DNA of 64,000 bases from Longimicrobiales bacterium (GTDB lineage: Bacteria; Gemmatimonadota; Gemmatimonadetes; Longimicrobiales; Gaopeijiaceae): assembly GCA_965202985.1 (NCBI GenBank), contig CBDBCF010000001.1:1024001-1088000 (forward strand), given 5' to 3'. Each line of letters opens with the position of its first letter. Position 1 is the first letter of the stretch. The notes beneath the pieces were generated by a model. The model had not been told where the DNA came from. It did no database searches and saw nothing but the letters and a program-made list of their open reading frames with translations. This document shows positions 9,126 to 17,144 of this stretch, piece by piece. A program made the position numbers and the translations under genes.

Positions 9126-9188
9126 TCAGATCTTGGTGCGCAACCAGTCCAGGAGAAGCCGCACGACGCGCCGGAGGATGTATCCCAT
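9126..9188 (-). CDS. Possible 20-aa amphipathic small protein MGYILRRVVRLLLDWLRTKI
   Basis: ATG...TGA in otherwise unassigned intergenic DNA; nearly all codons end in G/C; no clear SD. Confidence 0.3.
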   Translation of the reverse strand: MGYILRRVVRLLLDWLRTKI

Positions 9189-9296
9189 GAGTCGGTTGTT
9201 CCGGTTGGGGTTCGGAGCACGCCCGCCGGCGAGCGCGCCGGCCCTTGGCCCTACGACCGTTCCGAGTCCGCGGGTTCAGGGCGGCCGGCGTTCGCG

Positions 9297-9764
9297 TCAG
9301 CCGTCGGTGGTCTCCACTTCCGTCGTGATGTCGATGCACCGGTGCAGTGTTCGGTAGACGGGACAGCGCATGGGGTGCACCTCGAAGGCGCGTTGGACAA
9401 CCTCCGGGTCGGCGCCGGCGGCCTTCAACGCGTACTTCACGTGAATCCGTCGGATCACCAAGACGCCCTCGTCCTTGCCGACCTTGCCGTGCACCTCCGC
9501 CGTCAGCCGTCCGTCCGAAGCGTCGATCCCGCGTGCCTCCAGCACGCCTCCGAAGGTGCCGACGAGTCAGCCGCCGGTGGCGGCCATCACGTAGTCCAGC
9601 GTGGTCGTGGTGTCTGCCGCCGCGCGCGCGCCGTAGTGCTCGGCGATGGCGCCGTGGACGCCGAACTCCACGGGACCGTCGCGGGCGGGCAGGTAGGCCA
9701 GGCGGTGCGGCCCGCGAGTGCGCTCGATGCGGATGCGGGCTTCGTAGACCATGGCGTCGCTCAC
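9297..9764 (-). CDS. OsmC/Ohr-family protein with in-frame TGA (9567-9569), candidate selenoprotein
   Basis: ORFs 9567..10169 and 9297..9545 share a frame; joined sequence LDYVMAATGG-(TGA)-LVGTFGGVLEARGI...HPMRCPVYRTL puts TGA at the first OsmC Cys; GTG start at 9764 overlaps the upstream TGA. Confidence 0.85.
9537..9566 (-). promoter_or_regulatory. Putative bacterial SECIS hairpin directly 3' of the UGA
   Basis: mRNA CUCGUCGGCACCUUCGGAGGCGUGCUGGAG folds by eye into a lower stem UCGGCA/UGCUGG and an upper stem CCU/AGG closing a UCGG loop. Confidence 0.6.
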
Positions 9765-10321
9765 GGCCAGAGCCATCCGAACACGGCGCCGGTGATGACG
9801 GCGTAGACCAACCCGTCCACGGCGTGCTTGACGGCGACCTTGCCGGGCAACCCGAACCAGATGCTCTCTTGCACGCCGACGAAGCCGTAGGCCAGGAACG
9901 CCGCCAGCCCCGTGACGTGGAACACCTCGGCAAAGTGCGCCTCGGTCCCGACGACCCCGGCCGCCAAGAGAGCGATCACGGCGTTGATGGCCGCGTACTG
10001 CAGGAACGCCTTGATCAGCGCGGACCGCATGTCGAGCGCCGACTTGGGGTCGCGCACGCGCAGGATGCCGACGGGGCCGGCCCGCACCTTGTCCTTGTAC
10101 GCGTCCGCGTTCTCTTGCCCCCACTTGGCGAAGGGGAAGTAGTACATGCCCGGCGCGACGCCCACGCACTTGCGCACGGCGTCCATGAGCCCGTCCTCGT
10201 CCTCGGCTTCGGCGAAGTCCTTCTTGTGGTGCGGCATCGCCATCCAGACCACGGCGCTGGCCACGAACACGGCGACCGTGGCCACGAGCGCCGGCAGCCA
10301 GAGGGCGGTGGCGTGGATCAT
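9761..10321 (-). CDS. Uncharacterised membrane protein (about 4 TM)
   Basis: Hydrophobic segments, MPHHKKD and PGMYYFP motifs, strong SD (GAAGGAAGGAG) upstream, coding-like codon bias. Confidence 0.8.
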   Translation of the reverse strand: MIHATALWLPALVATVAVFVASAVVWMAMPHHKKDFAEAEDEDGLMDAVRKCVGVAPGMYYFPFAKWGQENADAYKDKVRAGPVGILRVRDPKSALDMRSALIKAFLQYAAINAVIALLAAGVVGTEAHFAEVFHVTGLAAFLAYGFVGVQESIWFGLPGKVAVKHAVDGLVYAVITGAVFGWLWP

Positions 10322-10361
10322 CTCTTGCGCTCCTTCCTTCTCGAGGGGATCGAACCCGTGC

Positions 10362-11546
10362 TCAAGCTACGCGTGCGCGGCGCCACGCCGCCAGTCCCGC
10401 GTCCAGGCGGTCCAGCGCTCGGCGCAGCTCGCTCTCGGGGGGACCGAAGCCGATTCGCATGAAGTGCTCGGCGCCGAAGTGGGCGCCCGGCACGATCAGC
10501 ACGCCGTGCTCGGCCCGCAGTCGCTCCGCCAGCGCCAACGACGGTTCGGCGGCGTGGTACCGCACCATGCAGATGGCGCCGGCGTCGGGGGGCGTCCAGG
10601 CGAACAGCCCGTCGCGCGCGTCCAGCCACTCTGCGAGCACCGCCAAGTTACGGCGGACGATGCCGCGGGTGCGCTCCAAGATGCGGGGACGGACATCGGG
10701 CGAGAGCGCGACCACCGCCAGGGCGTCGGACAACGAGGCGGGCGTGATCGTGGTGTAGTCGGTCCGCGCCCACAGGCGGTCCACCACGGCGGCGGGCCCC
10801 GCGCACCAACCCAGCCGCACGCCGGGGATTCCGTACGCCTTGGACAGCGAGTTGGTCACCACCAGCTTGTCGTACCGGCCCCAAAAGCTGCCGACCTGCG
10901 CATCGCCGGCCTCGGCGCCCTGATACACCTCGTCGGAGAGGATCCAAGCTCCGTGCCGATCCGCCAGGCCCACGATCTGATCGATCTCGTCCGAAGTCAG
11001 GGCCACGCCGGTCGGGTTGTTGGGGTGGGTGACCAGAATCAGCCCGGCGCCCGCATGCAACGCCGACTCCAGCTCGTCCAGGTCGGGGCGCCAGCCCGTC
11101 TCTTCGCGCAAGCGGAAGGGCAGGACTTCGCCCTGGAAGTTCTCCGCCAAGCCGGGGACCTGCATGTAGTTCGGAACCAGGGCGGCCACGGGCTTGCTCG
11201 GATCGGCAAGCTCCCAGAACACCACGAAGTTGGCCTCGATGCCGCCGGTCGTCGCGACGACGGACTGGTCGGTCGCCCCCGGATACAGCGCCGCGATCAG
11301 GGACCGAAGCTCGTCGGAGCCGTTGGACTGGCCGTAGCCCAACCGAACGTCCGAAAGCAGGTCGGGGGTGCCGGCGTAGGAAAGAAGCTCGCCCGTCGTC
11401 AGCGGATGGACGCCGCTCTCCGACAGGTTGCAGTCCACGCGGTGTTCGTAGGTGGACTGCCATCTTTCCATCTTGAAGGGGGCGAACGCCTTGGGCGGGA
11501 CGAGGGCGCGGGACGGCGCGGGAGCTTGGGGCGAAGCGAGATTCAC
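10362..11546 (-). CDS. PLP-dependent aminotransferase class I/II
   Basis: NLSESG, THPNNPTG, SDEVY, SLSKAYGIPGVRLGW, VPGAHF...RIGF; GTG start preceded by GAAGG. Confidence 0.9.
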   Translation of the reverse strand: MNLASPQAPAPSRALVPPKAFAPFKMERWQSTYEHRVDCNLSESGVHPLTTGELLSYAGTPDLLSDVRLGYGQSNGSDELRSLIAALYPGATDQSVVATTGGIEANFVVFWELADPSKPVAALVPNYMQVPGLAENFQGEVLPFRLREETGWRPDLDELESALHAGAGLILVTHPNNPTGVALTSDEIDQIVGLADRHGAWILSDEVYQGAEAGDAQVGSFWGRYDKLVVTNSLSKAYGIPGVRLGWCAGPAAVVDRLWARTDYTTITPASLSDALAVVALSPDVRPRILERTRGIVRRNLAVLAEWLDARDGLFAWTPPDAGAICMVRYHAAEPSLALAERLRAEHGVLIVPGAHFGAEHFMRIGFGPPESELRRALDRLDAGLAAWRRARVA

Positions 11547-11604
11547 GGCTGGACCTTCTTCTTGGCAGGGAGCGGCGACCACCAAAACGGGAGTGCGCAC
11601 TAGC

Positions 11605-12915
11605 ATGGAGCACGACGGCTTGGCCGGGCAAGGGCGGACGGCCGCGGTCCTGGACGGGGTCGAGGAGCATAGGCTGGACAACGGGCTTCGCGTGGTCCTG
11701 GCGCCGGACCCCGCCACGCCGGTGGTGGCGGTCAACCTTTGGTACAACGTGGGATCGCGGAACGAGGCGCCGGGCCGAACCGGATTGGCGCACCTGTTCG
11801 AGCACATGATGTTTCAGGGGTCCGCCCACGTCTCCAAGAACGGCCACCTGCGCCAAGTCGAGGCCGCCGGAGGGTCGGCCAACGCCACGACGTGGTTCGA
11901 CCGCACCAACTACTTCGAGACGCTGCCGTCTCACCACCTGGACCTGGCGCTCTGGCTGGAGTCCGACCGCATGGGCTGGACGCTGCCGGCGCTGACGGGG
12001 GAGAAGCTGGAGAACCAGCGCCGGGTGGTCATGAACGAGCGCAGGCAGCGTTACGACAACCAGCCCTACGGCGACTGGGACGAGCGACTGCAAGCCCTGC
12101 TCTTCCCCCCCGGCCACCCGTACCACCACACGGTGATCGGCGCCATGGAGGACATCGAGTCGGCCACGCTGGACCACGCGCGTGCGTTCTTCCACACGTG
12201 GTACGTGCCCAACAACGCGGTGCTCGCGGTTTGCGGCGACATCGAGGCCGACCGGGCGCTGGACCGGGTCCGCCGCTACTTCGGCGACATCCCCGCGGGA
12301 CCCGAGCCTCCGCCGCCGCCCGGCGGCACGCAAGCGCCCTTCGCTACGGGCGACAGCGCTCGGCGAGAGCGGATCAGCGCCGCGGTGCCCCTGCCCCGAG
12401 TCTACGCCGCCGTCCGAACGCCTCCCTTCGGCAGCGACGCCTTCTACGTCGGCGAGGCGGTGTCGTGCTGCCTGGGGATGGGCCGCTCCGCGCGCCTGCA
12501 CGACCGCTTGGTGCGCACGCGGGCCGTGAAGTCCGCCAGCTGCCATCACCTTCCGCTTACGTGCGGGGCCGCGATCTTCCTGGTCGTCGCAACCGGCTAC
12601 CCGGAGACGCCGGTCGAGGAGCTGGAGTCCGTCGTGGCGCGGGAGCTGGACGACGCGGTCTCGATATCGGCGGAGGAGCTGGGCCGCGCCGTCGTCGGGC
12701 ACGAGACGCGGGTGGTGCAGACGCTCCAAAGGGTCGAGGCTCGGGCCGACCTTCTGTCCATGTACGCCACCGTCTTCGGCACGGCGCGTCGGCTGGCCCC
12801 GGACCTGCGGCGGCTGCGCCAAGTCTCGGCGGACGAAGCTCGGGCGTGGAGCCGCGAGTTCCTTCGCAACGACGACCTCGTCTTCGTTAGCTATCTACCC
12901 GGAGAGGCCTCGTGA
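11605..12915 (+). CDS. M16 (pitrilysin family) zinc peptidase, catalytic subunit
   Basis: LDNGL, VGSRNE, GLAHLFEHMMF (HxxEH), NATT..DRTNY, VMNERR. Confidence 0.93.
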   Translation: MEHDGLAGQGRTAAVLDGVEEHRLDNGLRVVLAPDPATPVVAVNLWYNVGSRNEAPGRTGLAHLFEHMMFQGSAHVSKNGHLRQVEAAGGSANATTWFDRTNYFETLPSHHLDLALWLESDRMGWTLPALTGEKLENQRRVVMNERRQRYDNQPYGDWDERLQALLFPPGHPYHHTVIGAMEDIESATLDHARAFFHTWYVPNNAVLAVCGDIEADRALDRVRRYFGDIPAGPEPPPPPGGTQAPFATGDSARRERISAAVPLPRVYAAVRTPPFGSDAFYVGEAVSCCLGMGRSARLHDRLVRTRAVKSASCHHLPLTCGAAIFLVVATGYPETPVEELESVVARELDDAVSISAEELGRAVVGHETRVVQTLQRVEARADLLSMYATVFGTARRLAPDLRRLRQVSADEARAWSREFLRNDDLVFVSYLPGEAS

Positions 12916-14330
12916 GCGCGCGTTCCGGCCCGCCGCCGCCCGGCGACATCCGTCCTTACGAGTTCCCCGAGGTCGTTCGTCGCCGCCTGGGCAACGGCAT
13001 GTCCGTCCGGGTCGCGCCCAAGGTCTCGTTTCCGCTGGTGACGGCGATGGTTGTGCTGAAGGCGGGCGAAACGGCGTCGCCGGGCGGGCGGGCGGGGCTG
13101 GCGTCGTTGACGGCGGACGCCCTGGAAGGGGGCACGCGGTCGCTTCCCGAGCGGGAACTGGCCCGGAGCATGGCGGAGATCGGGGCCAGCTTCGGGGCGG
13201 CCACGGGATGGGACTCGTCCACCGTCGCCGTGTCGTGCTTGGCGGAATACCTGCCGCGCGCCCTGGAGCTGTTGGCGGGGATGGTTGAGGCGCCGGCATT
13301 CGAGGTCGCCGGCTTCGACCGTCGCAAGGCTCAGCGGCTGGCGGCCGCCCGTCAGCGCCTGATGAACCCGGCGGCGCTGGCGTCGGACGCTCACGCGCGC
13401 TTCATGTATCGGGAGGGCGACACCTACGCGCGCCCCGCCGGCGGGACGGCCGCGTCGCTGGAAGGAATCCGCGTCGCCGACGCGCAGGCGTTCGCGGCCG
13501 AGTTCCACGGGGCCGGCGCGGCGACGCTCGTGCTGGTGGGCGACGTGGAGCCGGACGAGGCGGTCGCGAGCGCCGAACGGTTCCTGGGCGGGTGGGAACC
13601 GGGGAGCGCGGTCGTTCCCGATCCCCGCGCCGGACCTCGCGTTCGCGAACGGACCTTCCACGTGGTCGATCGGCCGGGGGCGGTGCAGTCCGAGGTCCGC
13701 GTCGGGCATCCGGGGATCGCAAGGGCCGCGCCGGACTACCTGCCGCTGCGGGTCGCGAACCTGGTCCTGGGCGGCTCGTTCTCTTCGCGGCTGAACCTCA
13801 ACCTGCGGGAGCGGCACGGCTACACCTACGGAGTCCGGTCCAGCTTCGCGGCGCGCAAGGGCCCGGGTCCGTTCGCCGTGTCCGCCGCCGTGGAGACGGG
13901 CGTCACCGGGGCCGCCGTTGCGGAGGTCCTTCGCGAGATCGAGCGCATGGCGGAAGAGGGGCCCACGGCGGAAGAGGTGGAGTCGGCGACCGGGTACTTG
14001 GCCGGCGTCTTCCCCTTGCGGCTGGAGACCACGGGCCAGCTGGCGTCGCGGATCGCCGGGGCGGTCGTCCACGACCTGCCGCCCGAATACGACCGGCGCT
14101 ACCGGGACCGCGTGCGCGCCGTCACGCACGAAGAGGCTGCACAAGCGGCGCACAGGCATCTTCGTCCCGGCGAGCTGTGCGTCGTTGCGGCCGGCGACGC
14201 CGAGGCCGTGGCGCCCCAGTTGGAGGCGCTGAACGCGGGGCCGGTCGAGGTGCACCGGGAGCGGGGGGTGGACGGCGGGCCGACGGACGGCGGCGGAGCG
14301 GTCGAGGGCGGCGAGGGGGCGGTGCGTTGA
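12912..14330 (+). CDS. M16 peptidase, non-catalytic partner subunit
   Basis: LGNGM, no HxxEH, LGGSFSSRLNLNLRERHGYTYG; 4-nt overlap with the catalytic subunit gene. Confidence 0.9.
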   Translation: MSARSGPPPPGDIRPYEFPEVVRRRLGNGMSVRVAPKVSFPLVTAMVVLKAGETASPGGRAGLASLTADALEGGTRSLPERELARSMAEIGASFGAATGWDSSTVAVSCLAEYLPRALELLAGMVEAPAFEVAGFDRRKAQRLAAARQRLMNPAALASDAHARFMYREGDTYARPAGGTAASLEGIRVADAQAFAAEFHGAGAATLVLVGDVEPDEAVASAERFLGGWEPGSAVVPDPRAGPRVRERTFHVVDRPGAVQSEVRVGHPGIARAAPDYLPLRVANLVLGGSFSSRLNLNLRERHGYTYGVRSSFAARKGPGPFAVSAAVETGVTGAAVAEVLREIERMAEEGPTAEEVESATGYLAGVFPLRLETTGQLASRIAGAVVHDLPPEYDRRYRDRVRAVTHEEAAQAAHRHLRPGELCVVAAGDAEAVAPQLEALNAGPVEVHRERGVDGGPTDGGGAVEGGEGAVR

Positions 14331-14938
14331 GCGAGAATCGCGGGGGCGGCGTGGCGGGGCGAGGCGGTTCGGAGGACCGGGCGGGCTCGGAAGATCGCGC
14401 AGCGCGGATGCGGAGCCGGGTCGTCCACGACGGCAGGGTGGTCCACCTGAGCGTGGACACGGTGCGCTTCCCCGACGGGTCGGTGGGCGAGCTGGAGCTG
14501 GTCCGGCACCGGGGGGCGTCGGCCGTTCTGCCCGTGTTTGGAAACGAGGGCGACCCCGACCCGGAGGTCCTGCTGGTGCGGCAGTACCGCTACGCCGCCG
14601 GAGGCGTCATCTACGAGGCGCCCGCGGGGATCGCGGAACCGGGCGAACCCTGGGACCGCTGCGCTCTGCGGGAGTTGGAGGAAGAGACCGGGTTCCGGGG
14701 CGGGCGACTGGTCCAACTGACGACGATTCACACCACGCCCGGCTTCACCAACGAGCAGATCAGGCTGTACGCCGCGTTCGACCTGACGCCGGGCAGGGCG
14801 CGTCGCGACCCCGACGAGTTCCTGGAGCCCGCGCGCCTCCGGCTGTCCCGAGCGCTGGAGATGGTCGAGTCGGGCGAGATCGCCGACGCCAAGTCCGTGG
14901 TCGCCTTGCTCTACGCCGCCCGGTTCCTCTTGGGTTGA
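14327..14938 (+). CDS. NUDIX hydrolase (ADP-ribose pyrophosphatase-like); start TTG 14327 or ATG 14408
   Basis: VRQYRY, EAPAG...ALRELEEETG Nudix box, TPGF, DEFL, DAKS. Confidence 0.88.
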   Translation: MSENRGGGVAGRGGSEDRAGSEDRAARMRSRVVHDGRVVHLSVDTVRFPDGSVGELELVRHRGASAVLPVFGNEGDPDPEVLLVRQYRYAAGGVIYEAPAGIAEPGEPWDRCALRELEEETGFRGGRLVQLTTIHTTPGFTNEQIRLYAAFDLTPGRARRDPDEFLEPARLRLSRALEMVESGEIADAKSVVALLYAARFLLG

Positions 14939-15053
14939 CCGCCGGTCCGCCGGCCCAAGCGTATCCGACCGTGGACGGCGAGCCCTCGGTCGTCGCCGCC
15001 GAAGGTCGCCGAAATCCCTTGTCGACATTGGCAATTCGAAGTCGTTCGGAGTT

Positions 15054-15070
15054 TTGGCACGCTTTATGCA
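15054..15070 (+). promoter_or_regulatory. Sigma54 (RpoN) -24/-12 promoter
   Basis: TTGGCACGCTTTATGCA gives GG-N10-GC with TGGCACG, about 70 nt upstream of the ECF sigma ATG. Confidence 0.7.
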
Positions 15071-15141
15071 GGGAATGTGGGCGGCCACGGGAATCTCACG
15101 GGTCGGGGGTCTCGACCCCAGCAACAGGAGGACAACGAACG

Positions 15142-15753
15142 ATGGCCACGACAAACACGATTCGCATCCAAGAGACGGTCGCGCCGAACGACTGCGAGGT
15201 CGTGCGGCGCTTCCTGGCCGGAGACGAGCAGGCGTTCAACGAGCTGGTGCGCAGGTACCAGGCGCGCCTGCTGCGCTTCGTCAATCGGATGATCGGGGAC
15301 TGGGAGCGGTCCGAGGACCTGGTCCAAGACATCTTCGTCCGGGTCTTCCGCAGCATCGAAGGGTTCGACCAGTCGAGGAAGTTCTCGACATGGGTCTACG
15401 CCATCGCGCGGAACGTGGCACGGACGGAGCTTCGGAGGCGCTCCAAGAGCCGCGAGGTGCTCTTCCAGACGCTCGAGGGCGACGACAACTCGGGGTGGAC
15501 GATGGACTACTGGTCGGACCCGTCCCCCGGTCCCGACGAGCTGTACCGGAAGCGGCGCCTCCAGGCGACGGTGGAAGAAGCGGTGGAGATGCTCCCGGAG
15601 CGGTACCGGGCCATCTTCGTCCTCCGGGAGCTGGAGGAGCGGTCCTACGAAGAGATCGCGGAGATCGCGGACATCAACGTGGGCACGGTCAAGAGCCGGC
15701 TGAACCGGGCGCGAGAGCACTTCGCCGAGATCGTCGCGCCGATGATCGATTGA
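15142..15753 (+). CDS. ECF-type sigma-70 factor
   Basis: GDEQAFNELV, EDLVQDIF, FSTWVYAIARN, SYEEIA, GTVKSRLNRAR; AGGAGG SD. Confidence 0.93.
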   Translation: MATTNTIRIQETVAPNDCEVVRRFLAGDEQAFNELVRRYQARLLRFVNRMIGDWERSEDLVQDIFVRVFRSIEGFDQSRKFSTWVYAIARNVARTELRRRSKSREVLFQTLEGDDNSGWTMDYWSDPSPGPDELYRKRRLQATVEEAVEMLPERYRAIFVLRELEERSYEEIAEIADINVGTVKSRLNRAREHFAEIVAPMID

Positions 15754-15822
15754 CGCGCAATCGCGGGGGTTGCGGGCCGGGGGCGTGTTGACCCCGACGC
15801 GGTTTCCTGCGACGGTTCAGGC

Positions 15823-16122
15823 GTGAACGAACGCGAAGCACCTTCGCTGGACTGTCGAAGCTTCCTGCGGGGCTACTCCGACTACCGGGACGGCCGGATC
15901 GCCGCCGGCGCCGAAGCGGCCATGACGGCGCACATGGCCTCGTGTCCGTCGTGCCGACGGTACGACCGCGCCGTCAGACGAGGCGTGGCCGTCCTTCGGG
16001 AAGCGCCGACGCCCGAACCTCGGCCGCTGGACGTGGCGCAGGTCCGGCTTCTTGCCCGGAGCGCCGGACGCTCCTCGTCCTCGTCGACCGACCCCAGCGA
16101 GGGCGCCCCGGAGTTCTGCTAG
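15823..16122 (+). CDS. Zinc-finger (zf-HC2/ZAS) anti-sigma factor, apparently soluble
   Basis: C..F...YSDY.DG...HMASCPSC (HxxxCxxC), directly downstream of the ECF sigma. Confidence 0.8.
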   Translation: MNEREAPSLDCRSFLRGYSDYRDGRIAAGAEAAMTAHMASCPSCRRYDRAVRRGVAVLREAPTPEPRPLDVAQVRLLARSAGRSSSSSTDPSEGAPEFC

Positions 16123-16145
16123 CGGCTCTGCCCGACAACGGCGGC

Positions 16146-17144
16146 GTGGCAAAGGCGACGGACGGGGGCGGAGTATTCTTCCTGCACGGCGAAGACGAGT
16201 ACAGGAAGCTGGAAGCGGCGCGGGGCTTGGTGGAACGCTACCTGGACCCGACAACCCGCGAGTTCAACTTCGACCGCCTCGATGGTTCGGCCACCACGGT
16301 GGAGCGGCTGGCCTCCGTCGTTGCCACGCCCCCGATGATCGCGGAGTGGCGCGTCGTCCACGTGAAGGAGACCGAAGCGTTCGCGGCCAGCCCGAAGGCG
16401 CGGACCGTCCTCTTGGATGCGGCCCGGAACCCTCCGCCGGGACTGGTGCTGATCCTTCAGGCCACGTTGCCTGCCCGCTCCAAGGCCAAGTTCTACAAGG
16501 ACCTGGCGAAGCTGGCCGCCACGACGGAGTTCAAGGAAGTGCCGGCTCACGAAGTGCCGGCGTGGCTGGTGGCGTGGGCGCGAGACGAACTGGACGCCAC
16601 GCTGGAGCTCGACGCGGCCCAGGCGCTGGCATCCGCGGCCGGCGCCGATCTGGGCGTGCTCGTGCACGAGGTGAAGAAGCTGTGCGCAATGATCGGCGAG
16701 GGCGAGGCGGTGGACGTGGAGGCGGTCCGCAAGAGCGGGCTGCGGCTTCCGCGACAGGACCGGTGGGGCTGGTTCGACTTGGTGGGGAACCGCCGCATCC
16801 CCGAAGCCGTTCGAGGCTTGGCGATCCTGTTGGAGCAGGGCGAGACGCCAGTGGGACTCGCGATCGGTCTCTCGGTCCAGATGCTCCGCATCGGCGTCGC
16901 GGTGGAGGGAGGCGCCCCGGCGCTCAACCAGGTCTTGCCCCCGTATCAGCGGTTCATGGCCCGTCGCGTGCTGGGCCAAGCCCGTCGCTGGACGCCCGAC
17001 GGCGTGGCGCGCGCCGTGCGGGGACTTCGCCGCCTGGATCAGCTTCTCAAGGCCAGCTCCCTGCCCGGCGGCGTGCTGTTGGAAGAGTGGCTGTGGAGCT
17101 TGACGGCGCCCGAGCGACGAGCGGGCGGCTCGGGGGGCGGATGA
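16146..17144 (+). CDS. holA: DNA polymerase III delta subunit
   Basis: [38 protein letters not shown]. Confidence 0.85.
   Translation: MAKATDGGGVFFLHGEDEYRKLEAARGLVERYLDPTTREFNFDRLDGSATTVERLASVVATPPMIAEWRVVHVKETEAFAASPKARTVLLDAARNPPPGLVLILQATLPARSKAKFYKDLAKLAATTEFKEVPAHEVPAWLVAWARDELDATLELDAAQALASAAGADLGVLVHEVKKLCAMIGEGEAVDVEAVRKSGLRLPRQDRWGWFDLVGNRRIPEAVRGLAILLEQGETPVGLAIGLSVQMLRIGVAVEGGAPALNQVLPPYQRFMARRVLGQARRWTPDGVARAVRGLRRLDQLLKASSLPGGVLLEEWLWSLTAPERRAGGSGGG

Noticed and set aside
9567..9569. Genome-wide TGA reassignment (genetic code 4 or 25)
   Set aside because: TGA ends most genes here at their expected C-termini, often in start-stop overlaps
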